A program made the position numbers and the translations under genes. This document shows, piece by piece, positions 14,101 to 27,690 of a stretch of 64,000 bases of DNA. The notes under the pieces were generated by a model that saw nothing but the letters and a program-made list of their open reading frames with translations, was not told the DNA's origin and did no database searches. Every line of letters begins with the position of its first letter. Position 1 is the stretch's first letter. The DNA comes from Convolutriloba macropyga (lineage: Eukaryota). The stretch is from the NCBI RefSeq assembly GCF_964194025.1, contig NC_134468.1, positions 40,920,001-40,984,000 on the forward strand, read 5' to 3'.

Positions 14101-15317
14101 TATTGTGGTTGGGTAATCAAAAAATTCCGGCTCTCAGAGAATTTGAAGAAAACAATTCAGATGTTCCAATTTTTCTCTGTCGGATTTTCACAGGAATCTT
14201 TATGTAGGGACAAAAAAGGCCATACCTTGTGATTTTTGATGGAGTTGGGTTGTAAAATTAGGGGAAAGTATGCAGTTTAATTGCATTTCCATAACGATCA
14301 ACCAAATTGCATATTTTACTTTGATTTAAAAGGTGAAGTAGGAACAAGTATAATTGATTGCGATACTTTCAGTATGGTGCTCTGCTGGTGATGGAAAAGA
14401 ACACTATACTGCAACTTTTAAAATGCGAGTAAGTACTGAGAGAGGGAATTCTAGACTGGGAAAATAAGCAGCGGTAAAAAACAACAAAACAAAACCAGCA
14501 AACAAAGCAACGCTGCGAAAACTGATGATAGCGATGAAACATAAGCAGCGAGTGACTATACCAAAGCCTGTGTGCGGGAGGAAAAACACCTTTGCAAATA
14601 AGGCGCTTTCTCATATGCGTTGAGATATATAGAATTCTATATTCTCTCCTCTCATTTCTATATGTATATATAGAACTATATGCTTACATGTATAGAGACG
14701 TACATATAGATATATACGCACTTTGTTAATGACTAGAATAAAATATACAGGCAATGAATTATACAAATCAACAAATGGATTTTACAATCACAGGAACCGA
14801 AATGTCATTTTAGTGGTCACGCTTCGGCTTTCTCACCAGGAAGTAATATAACTTTAAGGCAAACCAAGCATAAAAATTCAATTAAAAAACAATTCGTCTT
14901 TCAAATAAGGAAATGAAATGAAATGAAATAAAATGATAAAGACAAAAACACCACGCGCAATCAAAATATTGTAATGCACACATTTATAAGCCAGCTCTAA
15001 TACGGGTACCTTTAGATAAAAAGTACATTTGTTTTTATTTGTTAGTAAAGATAGTTATTTTTTATCATACATTCCTAGTTATTTCCAATATTGCTTTCCT
15101 TAATAAATATTTCTCAGCTCTCTATGTTCATTTATGTGGTCCACGGAGCGTGAAATATATTTTTGTTTTATTTTTCCGATCATCTAGATAACAATTTTGC
15201 AATACTGAGTAAATTCTGATTATCAATCTTTTCCCTCTTGTTTGTGTATTTGAAGTACTTGGTAAATATAGATAAGGTTCCCCTGTCCTCCTGGAAAAGT
15301 GAGAGACTAGGGCCAAA

Positions 15318-15340
15318 GGGGTGGGGTTAGAGGGGAGGGG
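15318..15340 (+). other. G-quadruplex motif
   Basis: GGGG-T-GGGG-TTAGA-GGGG-A-GGGG. Confidence 0.7.
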
Positions 15341-15819
15341 TTCTGCTGTGAGGAAGTGAAATGGTTGATATGGTGTGTGTGGATAATTTGGGCAACTTAT
15401 TGAATTTGGTTTAAAGCGCCGTAAAGTAATTTATACGGTGGTATGTAAAAATAAAATGTTTCGATTACGCAAAATGCGCATTGCTAACCGCAAAGTGGAT
15501 TAAAAATGGAGTTCGATGCAAAGAAAATGAACCATTCGTCAAATCAACTACCAACTCTAGAAAATGAAGAAAATTAAACCATAGGTGGATATCCTTCCAG
15601 GATGAGGTGCGCGACCCATCTAGCTCTGATCAGACGGTCTCGGGTCGAAGAACACAGGCGCATGAGGTACCAGAGCATCCAGACCAAAATAGGTTCTGGT
15701 CAGATCGACTTAAGTAGCTCACAAGGGGTACCCAGGCTCCGGTGTCCGCTCCAAATTGTCCTGATCAGACCATTTCGAGCGCACACTTGACCATTTTGCG
15801 CCCAAAATAACAGGGCAAC

Positions 15820-16065
15820 TTCGAGCGCAAGAGCGCGCTTGAGTCTGATCAGAGGTAGATTTAAGCGCATTTGAGTCTGATCATAACCGATTTCTTGCAC
15901 AATTGATTCTGATCACAACCAGTTTTGAGCGCACTTGAGTCTGATCATAAACGGCTTCGAGCGCAACTGGGTCTGATCATAAGTGGCTTCAAGTGCAAGT
16001 GGGTCTGATCATAAACGACTTCAAGCGCAACAGGCTTTGATGCTAAGCGGTTTTAACGCAAGTGG
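15820..16065. repeat. 32-bp minisatellite (~7 units)
   Basis: TCTGATCA at 15844, 15876, 15908, 15940, 15972, 16004 (exact 32-bp period), with GAGCGCA cores. Confidence 0.85.
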
Positions 16066-19000
16066 GCGCAAACGCAAGAGCATTATTTTTTCTTTCTGTT
16101 TGTTTACTGAGAAATGTTTGCTCTGCCAAGAGGCAACAAGAAGCAGCGTTCTGATGAGAGACTCATCTAAAGTCCTATGACTCTAGTCAGAACAAAGGTG
16201 TCCAGCTGATAGCAAGGGGTCCCATTTAGATGAATTTAATTAACTGTAGATCAATACGTTTCTCATGGAAAGTAGTATAATTTCATCCATTGAGTAAAAA
16301 AATATTTACTAGACGAAATTGGGTTAGGCAATCGAGTGTCAAGCTGACTTAGGTCATGCGTCGGGGGTACCCAGACTGACAGGTTCACAAACTGAAGAGC
16401 AATTGACATGGTTTAACTTTTTCATAAAAATTATGCAATACTCTGCACAAAACTGCTGTGAATTCATCAATCAAAAAATTATAAAATTTATGTCAACAAC
16501 ATAGCACATATGTATTCTCTAGCGTATATTTCTGGTCTCATAAAATAAAACAGTCTCGCCTCCGATTCATTTTTAATTTTTTCAGGCGATTGGTTAATTT
16601 CTGCGACTTGAGTTGTTGGATTGATCAAAATTTCCGTTTGATTTTATATCACACTTTTCAGACTCTGGAAAAAACATTAATGCAAACTAAAGGCTCTGAA
16701 AAGAAAGACTATTCAGACAAAAGACAGAGCTCGGATTCGATTACCCAGATAGTAGAATAGATTTTAGACTTGGTTGCTGAGTAATGATGAAGAAAATCTG
16801 CGCCTCCGAGTCGACCTGATGAACGTTATGGGGATGAAAGCGCATCTCAACCTGGGCAGCAGAAAAATAACAGAAATTGTGGACAGATCCAGAAAGTTTT
16901 CAGAAAAAACAAGCTGCAAAAGAACGCTGAAGAATATATAAAATTTTGGTCAAAACCGAGTCCTATGTTTAAGGAAAGTATTTTTTGAAAAATCATGGGA
17001 ACAAAAAATCAGTCTTTGTTTTGATAAAATTATTGCAGGTCCATTATTGAGCAATTAGGAGGGAATTTGAGAAACAGCGAGCAAAATTGAAGATAGAAGT
17101 GGGTTTTTAACCAAAATAGATACCTGAATCTAGAAAACTTTCCGCAGTTGTCTTTCGTTCATATTAGAGTGATTCCGGTTTCCGAATTCGCGGAACAAAG
17201 AATTTAGAAAAAGGAGAATTTTTTCTCTTAGGACGCCAATTTTCACTTATTTTGGAAGAATTGATTTTCCAAAGAAGTGACTGGTTTCTGCAAACACGAG
17301 GAGAAATGTGTTTCTTGCGCAAAAAACTACGTTTACATTTCGCACCTGAGATAAGCAGTTTTAACGAAACAAAAAGGTGATTTGGCATACTAATTTTTGG
17401 TGGTTTTGTTTTTAATGTTTTTTTAGTTTTAAACTAACACGCGCGAAAAATTTGATAGTTCTGAAATTCATCTATGAGACAGTTGTTAAAAATTATGTTC
17501 TCAGAGACAAACTACTGAGATTCTGAAATCCTTTATCACAAAACTTCAAGCAAATATCTATCCAAAATACCTTCAAAAAGTTGTTGTCTCTGTCCAACAT
17601 CAGCTTTCTAAGTTAGATTGTTAATTATATTTTTAAAGTTTGATTTATTAATCTAGGTTAACAATGATTGACAAAACTAGAGCCATAAAGACTTTCCCAA
17701 AAGTTGTTCAGTTTCTTGAAGACTTTCCGAAAAGTTGTTCAGTTTCAAAAGTTGCCTGAAGTCCAATTTTATGAACCATTTTAATGACAAATGCAAAACT
17801 GTACAACTGTATTGAGTAAGAAGAGCACTAAACATACAAAACGGAATGAAACAAAATATTTTTTGGCAGGCCATAAAATCGTTTCAGTTTTTTGAGACCA
17901 ACACAGAGCTTTTTGAGACCTTTTTTTCATTCGCTTAGCCCCATGTTAATCGTTCTAGACTACTGTGTTGAAATAAAAAAAAATATTTCGTTTTTAAACC
18001 CGTGAGAATGTCTATGGTTTTTTAATAAATTTTTAACTCGCAAAAAAAGTATTTTATACGATCTTTTGCTATTCTCATTCAAAAAGGTACTATAAGACAT
18101 ATGTAGAATACAATAGATTAAAAAAACTTGGAACAAAACTTCAGAAACAATTTCGAGGATATATGTAGAATAACAGATCATATAGTTGGTTTATGTATAC
18201 TTAAGTATATCGTTGTTCTGCAAGACATAAAATATACCATTTTTCCCAATTCAAACAAAAATTCAGGCGATGGTTGTCTGAGAGGTAAAGACATGTGTAA
18301 GCATAGTTGTGGTAAGGGTTTAGCAGTGACAAAGTTTTATCAGAGTAAAAAGTATCAGAAGATCTTTGTTTCAGCTTTTGAATCAATCACATCTTTGACA
18401 TGAGAAACAGAATTCGATCCAAATACATGTAACAAATATGCTACTAGAAAAATAAGATGTTTTCGTAAGGACTTTGCTAAAAAAATATATTGTAGCCTTC
18501 GAATCCCTGGTTTTTATTAATAAATAGTTGGACAATTCAATTATCTTGATAAACACATTTTGCAGAAAAACGCGGACACAAAAAAATAGAAATTATTCTT
18601 CTAACTATTTCGAACTGGTCAAATTATTTGTTACTGAAAGATGCTGATTACTTAAATCTAGGAAAAAAATAAACACCAAAAACAGATGAGCTAATTCAAA
18701 AGAAAATAAGTTTACCGGCTTCATTTTTGTTTCAACTGGTTTTATTGAGAGTTGCATAAACATAGTGAATCAATTCATTGAGGTTTTAGTCAGGGAATTT
18801 CATTATCAATTCTATACATCAAAGAAAACAGCTGCAACAAAAGCTCTCAAAACATCCTTTTTTAACTTTGAATGCCGGTATTACAAAAATACTTTTGTAA
18901 GTGGGTTGCTCTTTTTGTTATTTCAAACAAAGAACGGACGAAGAATAACAAAAACATTAGTCAGACTTTGAAGGACCACAATATAAATGAAAAGCCAAAA

Positions 19001-19558
19001 CTACTCACACATTCTGAATTAAAATAGGTGGAATATTAAATTTATAATGTCGAACCGAATGCTAAATTAGGTTTTTCTGATATTTGTAATAGTTTAGAAA
19101 GAAGCAATAACAGCAAAAATGAAAGGTCTAAACTGCAGATGCAAAATTCGTTTAGTTTAAGATTTTTCTCAAAGTCGGCCATATTATCAATCAATTCACT
19201 GCGTTTTTATTTTAAAAAGGAGCAAAACTTATAAACGATATGGACGTAAAATTCGCTCTGCATAGCTTCAAATTCAATTGATTACTGAGAATTGAAACGG
19301 TTTTTCAATACTTCTGCTTTAATTCCTCTTTTACTTTCTGCGGTGGGTGACATCTTAAGCTTGCGTCCCTATCAAAAACGAAAATAGACCATATGGTTAA
19401 TTTCCCATTTCGGAATCCATTTTGTGGAGAAGAGGTCCAATCTTCAGCCACCTAATTCCATAAAATTGAAAAATGGCGACGAAGCTTGTCCAACCGAAAT
19501 TGCTTCAGTTAATTTTGCCTCCAATTGAAGCATGAGCGCTGAACAAGTTTCGGATAAA

Positions 19559-22220
19559 TGTTCCGACCCCCACTTTAGTGGGGAGGGAGGAATTATATAC
19601 TCAACTGGGTTTTTTTGTTCAGTCAATTTTGGCCGACCGATATATTCATCGTAGAGAATTGTGAGTGGTATCATTAAAAAGCCCGTCCAGCGTAGAATAT
19701 GGAATTAAAAATATTTTTTTTTAATTTCGTTATATAGAGCAAGTTATCGTGGTTTAAATTTTTGTAAATACTAGAATTAATACCGTTTTTTACAGAATTA
19801 ACTCGATAATTATACAAAAAGAAATCTTTTTTTTTTCAATATTTGAAGAATTCCATTCAACAATTGGTCTAATTCGCAAATAACTGGAACACTTGGTCGG
19901 TTTCCTGGGAGCGCAAAAAATCAGAGAGAGGTTGGATAATATTGTTGAACTCTTATAATCAGAGACTTTTTCGTTTTTATTTTGATGCTGCCTTTTTTCT
20001 AAATATTTTGCTTTTGTTTTTTCAATGATAATTACTGACATTTTTTTTATTCACGACTCCGTTAAAGACAGCTCCGATTTACGTAAATTTGAGGCCAAAT
20101 GTAGATACAAACTGTTTTCAGAGAACCAAAGGGTTTTTATGGCTTTGAGGAAGAGTTTTAGTAAAATTTAACTGAATTCTTGTCTTTTGCCTTCAATTGT
20201 TACTCCTTTGGCAGTCTGATTTTTAAGTTTAACCACTCGGAGATCTAAATCTCTTCCTCGAGAGGTGCAAGTGAACTTTTTCTATTCAATCGTTTGTTAC
20301 CTAATGTCTCTTATATTCTTGAATGTATTTGTTTTTAGGAAATTTGAGATTTTTTGAACTTGTCATTTTTTTATTACTTTAGTCAACGTTTTGCTTATTC
20401 TCAGTAAGTACAGGTCAATCTTTCCCCCTAATAGGATAAAAACTTATTTAGTGGCCGATTGGTTTAAGAGAAGGTCTTCTTGCTTTTGTTACTTCGAGTT
20501 TTCATACAAAATGTTCTGATTTTTGTGCTTAATTGCGCAAATTTGCTGTTGTTTTTGTTTCTTTTGTAAAATGTTACACTTTTTAAAAATCTAACAGAAA
20601 AAATTTGTCAAATTTTGACACTGAACATAATTTTTGTTTTCATAACATATGGTCAGAAGGGCTGCGACACCGTTCTCTGGCAGAAATTGGTAGAGTTTTT
20701 TGTTTTTGTCCTATATTTGTTATTGATTTTTTTTGTCATATGCCACATATTGTGTAATTAAAGCGGCCTACTCAAGATAAACAAGTGAATTTAAATAACT
20801 CATATTGTTAAAAAACTAATGGTTGTTTTCAATTTCGATATAAATTTCTAAAAAAGAGTAATGGTGTTCTTCAACTTAGCCCTTTTTGTTCTGGTTCGCG
20901 TTTTTTTCCGTATTTTACAATGTTGTACCATTTTGGTAAATTAGCCTCATTATTTAGAGATCAATTTAATGTTTTGCTGAATCAAACAATAACTTTTCTG
21001 TTGTTTAAACTTTTTAAATGATGTCTTCAGAGCTTAGAAAATAAACGCAATTGGCGATATTATATTCTCGCGGTTAATATCTTGTGGTTAATCGCAGTTA
21101 AATTTAAGGGCCTCAAAACAGTGGTTTAGTAAAGTTGTTGGGGAAACTTATTAGTTCAACTTGTATTTAATATGATTTTATAGTCTTATGATTTAGCCTC
21201 ATTAAAAACCGTCGCAATTAGTTTTGCAAGTAGTTGTTTTAAATAAAAAGTTGTTTTCAATTTTTCCGAGTTGTTTTAAATAAAACAAGAGATAGATTTT
21301 TGAGATCTGTCAATTTTGATTCTGTTAAATTGTAGCTAAGCATCTCTATATACAATTCACATCATTTATCTTTTGAAATACATTTTGCTCTCTATAAAGG
21401 TTTTATTTTCCTCAAATTGTCTTTCTTCTTGGAACAACCAGTTTTCATAAAATCAATTTTCGTGAGTTTTGCAAATTTGCCCCTTTTTTGTAGGTTTTTG
21501 TTTTCTTTTTACAGTAATGAGCGTCATTTGACCAATAAATGTTGTCACCTGCAAAAAATGCAAACGAAGATTTTAATTGTTTTTAGTGATCAGCTTAATA
21601 ATTAATTGATTGGGGGGACATCGTTTTCGTGCAAAATTTTTCGTGCAAATTTTTCGTTTTTGCCTGTATTTGTCGTTTTTTTTTGTGGTCGTTTGACATA
21701 TCCTGGATAATGAAAGGCCTCAGTCGCTCTCTATTGAGGTATAAAAGACACTCTCAATGGTTTCATGCGTAATGTTTCTAATCAGTTCGAATTTAATTCT
21801 TTTTAAAAAAAGCAATGTTTTAATAAAGTTCTGCCACTGTTGCCAAGTTGCATTGAGGAAAAGTTCCATTTTTTGTTCCAAAAATCAACGGTTATTCTTC
21901 TTAGTATAATTTTTATCTGATGCCATTTTGATTTGGTTATTAGTGGTTTTCAAAAAATGGACAAGGAGTTTTGGTAATAATTAATATTTGTAACAATTGG
22001 ATTTTTTTGCCGCCCTTTCTTGTAGTCATATTATGGTAGCCACAGGTCTCATAGGCCCTCTAGAGTATATTGTTTTTTTCTTTTAGTAGTTTGTTGAACG
22101 ATATGTTGATAGGTTAATTGTTTTATCTCTTCCTCATTTGGTAGACAATTAAGTGAAAAATGTAGATGAGCGGGGTCGGAACTTAATGTGCGAACGCACA
22201 TTACCGAGCCTCCTTGTTTT
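19559..22220 (+). mobile_element. Non-autonomous Helentron/DINE-1-like element, copy 2 (~2.66 kb)
   Basis: 5' TGTTCCGACCCCCACTTTAGTGGGG; 3' GGGGTCGGAAC-TT-AATGTGCG-AA-CGCACATT-ACCGAGCCTCCTTGTTTT (11-bp subTIR plus terminal hairpin). Confidence 0.85.
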
Positions 22221-25200
22221 GTTTGTAAAGTTTTCGATTTTAAAAAATCCTTTTCAATCAGTAATTCTCTCGATCGCAAATTGGCGAATAATTCACGGTG
22301 CCTCTCTCATTGGTGAGTTTCAAATGCAGTTTATATAACACAATTTTAAATCACTTTTTAGGTAAAATTTTTATTGAATGAGAGTACTGAAGGTATATCC
22401 CTGGTCGATTAGATTTGGTCAGAAATCTTAGCTCAACGCACAAGACATAAACAAAGTTGGTTATCTGTTAATTACTTCTTTTTCAAATAATTAATTGAGA
22501 CAATCACTCAACTTAGCGCAGCTAGTATCTAGCTTATTAACTATGAGTAATAATATCAACCAACTAACGTCGCGCGAAGTGCTCTCAAATGACTGGCGAG
22601 TGATTCGCCTCTGCGGTTTAGAGATGCTAACAATGGGGGAGCGAGACGCGTGTCCAAATCGGCAGGTGGCGGAGGGTGGACAGTAAGAGTGTAAGAGGCG
22701 TGGTGGGGGCATGAGGGTCGGAGTCAAAATTTAAGTCTCAGAACGGTCCTTCCAACCATAAATTTGTCCGCTCAAAATTGTTTTGGTGAATCGCATACTT
22801 AGAGACTAATAAATCGTAAGGGTCATAGAGAGCTGATTGGTAAATTATTGACTTCGAAGCCTAACGCATTTATTAAGTTTTTGAGGATAAAAGATAGAAA
22901 TGTTTAGACAAAAAATTGGTCTAACGAAAAAATGCATAAAAATGCATAAAAATATTTACTGACATTTTTTTTTATTCACGACTCCGTTAAAGACAGCTCC
23001 GATTTACGTAAATTTGAGGCCAAATGTAGATACAAACTGTTTTCAGGGAACCAAAGGGTTTTTATGGCTTTGAGAAAGAGTTTTAGTAAAATTTAACTGA
23101 ATTCTTTTCTTTTGCCTTCAATTGTTACTCCTTTGGCAGTCTGATTTTTAAGTTTAACAACTCGGAGATCTAAATCTCTTCCTCGAGAGTTGCAAGTGAA
23201 CTTTTTCTATTCAATCGTTTGATACCTAATGTCTCTTATATTCTTGAATGTATTTGTTTTTAGGAAATTTGAGATTTTTTGAACTTGTAATTTTTTTATT
23301 ACTTTAGTCAACGTTTTGCTTATTCTCAGTAAGTACAGGTCAATCTTTTCTCCTAATAGAATAAAAACTTATTTAGTTGCCGATTGGTTTAAGTGAAGGT
23401 CTTCTGGCTTTTGTTACTTCGAGTTTTCATACAAAATGTTCTGATTTTTGTGCTTAATTGCGCAAATTTGCTGTTGTTTTTGTTTCTTTTGTAAAATGTT
23501 ACATTTATTAACAATCTAACTGAAAAAATTTGTTAAATTTTGACACTGAACATAATTTTTGTTTTCATAACATATGGTCTGAAGGGCTGCGACACCGTTC
23601 TCTGGCAGAAATTGGTAAAGTTTTTTGTTTTTGTCCTATATTTGTTATTGATTTTTTTTGTCATATGCCACATATTGTGTAATTAAAGCGGCCTACTCAA
23701 GATAAACAAGTGAATTTAAATAACTCATATTGTTAAAAAACTAATGGTTGTTTTGAATTTCGATATAAATTTCTAAAAAAGAGTAATGGTGTTCTTCAAC
23801 TTAGCCCTTTTTGTTCTGGTTCGCGTTTTTTTCCGTATTTTACAATGTTGTACCATTTTGGTAAATTAGCCTCATTATTTAGAGATCAATTTAATGTTTT
23901 GTTGAATCAAACAATAACTTTTCTGTTGTTTAAACTTTTTAAATGATGTCTTCAGAGCTTAGAAAATAAACGCAATTGGAGATATTATATTCTCGCGGTT
24001 AATATCTTGTGGTTAATCGCGGTTAAATTTAATGGCCTCAAAACAGTGGTTTAGTAAAGTTGTTGGGGAAACTTATTAGTTCAACTTGTATTTAATATGA
24101 TTTTATAGTCTTATGATTTAGCCTCATTAAAAACAGTCGCAATTAGTTTTCCAAGTAGTTGTTTTAAATAAAAAGTTGTTTTCAATTTTTCCGAGTTGTT
24201 TTAAATAAAACAAGAGATAGATTTTTGAGATCTGTCAATTTTGATTCTGTTAAATTGTAGCTAAGCATCTCTATATACAATTCACATCATTTATCTTTTG
24301 AAATACATTTTGCTTTCTATAAAGGTTTTATTTTCCTCAAATTGTCTTTCTTCTTGGAACAACCAGTTTTCATAAAATCAATTTTCGTGAGTTTTGCAAA
24401 TTTGCCCCTTTTTTGTAGGTTTTTGTTTTCTTTTTACAGTAATGAGCGTCATTTGACCTATAAATGTTGTCACCTGCAAAAAATGCAAACGAAGATTTTA
24501 ATTGTTTTTAGTGATCAGCTTAATATTTAATTGATTGGGGGGACATCGTTTTCGTGCAAAATTTTTCGTGCAAATTTTTCGTTTTTGCCTGTATTTGTCG
24601 TTTTTTTTGTGGTCGTTTGACATATCCTGGATAATGAAAGGCCTCAGTCGCTCTCTATTGAGGTATAAAAGACACTCTCAATGGTTTCATGCGTAATGTT
24701 TCTAATCAGTTCGAATTTAATTCTTTTTAAAAAAAGCAATGTTTTAATAAAGTTCTGCCACTGTTGCCAAGTTGCATTGAGGAAAAGTTCCATTTTTTGT
24801 TCCAAAAATCAACGGTTATTCTTCTTAGTATAATTTTTATCTGATGCCATTTTGATTTGGTTATTAGTGGTTTTCAAAAAATGGACAAGGAGTTTTGGTA
24901 ATAATTAATATTTGTAACAATTGGATTTTTTTGCCGCCCTTTCTTGTAGTCATATTATGGTAGCCACAGGTCTCATAGGCCCTCTAGAGTATATTGTTTT
25001 TTTCTTTTAGTAGTTTGTTGAACGATATGTTGATAGGTTAATTGTTTTATCTCTTCCTCATTTGGTAGACAATTAAGTGAAAAACGTAGATGAGCGGGGT
25101 CGGAACTTAATGTGCGAACGCACATTACCGAGCCTCCTTGTTTTGTTTGTACAGTTTTCTATTTTAAAAAATCCTTTTCAATCAGTAATTCTCTCGATCG

Positions 25201-25866
25201 CAAATTGGCGAATAATTCACGGTGCCTCTCTCATTGGTGAGTTTCAAATGCAGTTTATATAACACAATTTTTCAACACTTTTTAAGACAAATTTTTATTG
25301 AATGAGAGTACTGAAGGTATATCCCTGGTCGATTAGATTTGGTCAGAAATCTTAGCTCAACGAACAAGACACAAACAATGTTGGTTATCTGTTAATTACT
25401 TCTTTTTCAAATAATTAATTGAGACAATCACTCAACTTAGCGCAGCTAGTATCTAGCTTATTAACTATGAGTAATAATATCAACCAACTAACGTCGCGCG
25501 AAGTGCTCTCAAATGACTGGCGAGTGATTCGCCTCTGCGGTTTAGAGATGCTAACAATGGGGGAGCGAGACGCGTGTCCAAATCGGCAGGTGGCGGAGGG
25601 TGGACAGTAAGAGTGTAAGAGGCGTGGTGGGGGCATGAGGGTCGGAGTCAAAATTTAAGTCTCAGAACGGTCCTTCGAACCATAAATTTGTCCACTCAAA
25701 ATTGTTTTGGTGAATCGTATACTTAGAGACTAATAAATCGTAAGGGTCATAGAGAGCTGATTGGTCAATTATTGACTTCGAAGCCTAACGCATTTTTTAA
25801 GTTTTTGAGGATAAAAGATAGAAATGTTTAGACAAAAAAATGGTCTAACGAAAAAATGCATAAAAA
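20032..25866. repeat. Recent ~2.92-kb tandem duplication
   Basis: TTACTGACATTTT... at 20032 and 22956; duplicated ORF pairs offset by 2924-2925 bp; scattered substitutions only. Confidence 0.95.
22956..25144 (+). mobile_element. Duplicated 3' part of Helentron-like copy 2 (no 5' end)
   Basis: Near-identical to 20032-22220, including subTIR and hairpin at 25096-25144. Confidence 0.85.
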
Positions 25867-27245
25867 GACAACAAGATTAATATAATTTCTACAAACATCA
25901 TTGAGAGCTATTAAACATAATTTACTGGCAACGGGCAAAGTGCTCTCAAACGACCGACGAGTTGTTAGGTTAGCCAGAAGCTAGCAACGGTTTAGGGAGA
26001 CTGGCTTTAGCTTCGTGAATCGTTGGGTGGGGGGAACGCTATGGGTTTTGGGGCAACAATTTACAGGGGGTGGATATTGGGGCAGGTGGTGAAAAGTGCT
26101 TTGGGCGTTGATGCCGGGGAATGTTCAGGGGAGGGTTTATAAAGGGGCCATGCGGGGATCAAACTCTAGGAAACACCTCTCACACTATGAATTCATGTCT
26201 CCAAATAACTTTCGGTGACTTAGCGTACTTCGAGTGTAATAAACAGGAAGGCTTTAATAGAGCCCAATGTCCCGGAATGCTACCTGTTTATCCCGTATAT
26301 GTGGACAGAAATTCAAAACGGTGAGACCAAAAATTGGTTAAGCAAAAAATTGTATCAAAAATTTGCTAAAAAATGTGTTTGAGAACAATTGACAAGATGT
26401 CTTAAGTTTTAGAATAAACTTTTAAACTTTTTAACTTTATTGCTAAACTCTGATTTTTTAAAGTTGATCAGTTGTCAACTGCCAAGTTGTTTCTTTTTCA
26501 GAGTATATTTGAAGTCAGATTAGCCTACAGAATAAAACAAGGTAAGTCTGACATCCATATTTTATGTGCATCCTTTTAAAAATGATTACCAATTTTGTGG
26601 ATGAGAATTAAGTACAACACAATGTTTCATAAACTGAACTGAGTAATTTTAGTAAAGGCAACTGAACTATTTTACGGAGATTATACTTTTGTCACAATGA
26701 GAACAAATTGACTTTGATTTTTTACTAGGATATTAGTATAAACAGCGCAATTTGCTTGAAATATACATGCAAAGATTTCATAAAACATAACCAACTAACA
26801 TTGGACAAATTTATCTCTAACGACTAGCAAGTGGTTGGTTTCGGTAGTAACCAGCTGTGTCTCAAGAGATGTTAGTATTGGGGGGGGGGGGGGGTTGGAT
26901 GAGGAGAAGGGGGTCTAAACCTCCAGGTGGAGGAGGGTAGACTGGGTGCATTTTGGGGGTGGGCTAATTGAGTGGGGGTGACTGGGGGAGGCGGTTGACG
27001 GGGGGGGGGGGGCTTTCACTCCATGAAGTTGTCTCTTCAAAAAAGCTCTGGTGAATCGCATTCTTCGAGTCTGGTCAGGCGTGCGTGAGGTTCTGAAAGA
27101 ACTTAATGCCCTCCGGGCGTTACCTGTTTATCTTGTTTTTGAGGACAGAAAGTCAAATAGGTCGGAAGAAAAATAGATCAAGAAATTGCCTTAATAAGAC
27201 CACATGGCCAATACATTTGCTTCAAATTTTGTTTGAGAGCAATTA
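25465..27245. repeat. Cluster of ~450-bp repeat units with G-rich cores (other copies at 12405-12690 and 22545-22945)
   Basis: Shared left block AAACATAACCAACTAAC...CTCTCAAACGACTAGCGAGT (12407, 22552, 25476, 25913, 26782) and right block GGTGAATCGCATACTT...TTTTTGAGGA (12513, 22785, 25709, 26214, 27050). Confidence 0.7.
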
Positions 27246-27690
27246 AACATGAAACCCAGCCCAAAATGGAACTTGGAATTGCTTGGAGTTTTTTTGTTAG
27301 GTAAGCAATTTTTGCTTGATAAAAACAATTTTTGAGAAGAAAACTTAAAAAGACTTTTCTTTTGCCCAAACTCTTTCCTTTTAATTTAGCCAGCTATTCA
27401 AAATTAAACTCATTTCGTTTATGTGCATATAACCTCATTGCACTTGCTATATTTATTTAGTTCAATCTTGTCTAACAAATTTTGTTCCGTTCACTGCAAA
27501 TATTTTTTTCTGAATTAGTGAATTAGTAAGTATTAGTTTAGTATACGTACTTCGATTTTTTATAAGCAAAATTGAACTTGATATACACCGTCAATTCTTG
27601 TTTAAACAAAAGCAAAGGCGCGTCCTCTCACGCAGTTTATCACCATAATTTCAGTAAAAATATTTTCTCGATTTATTACTCCGAAACATT

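Noticed and set aside
14369-14614. Hydrophobic short ORFs
   Set aside because: Low-complexity T-rich strand bias; no motif or splice support.
16660-16990. Decayed coding-like purine-rich stretch
   Set aside because: Multiple stops and no identifiable domain.
19444-19674. MIPLT...EYIxRPKLTEQKNP small-protein family (also 5065-5286 and 35842-36114)
   Set aside because: Recurrence reflects the conserved non-coding 5' end of the Helentron-like element; frames run into unrelated flanks.
21417-25651. Duplicated short ORF pairs as paralogous genes
   Set aside because: Chance ORFs copied by the 2.92-kb duplication.
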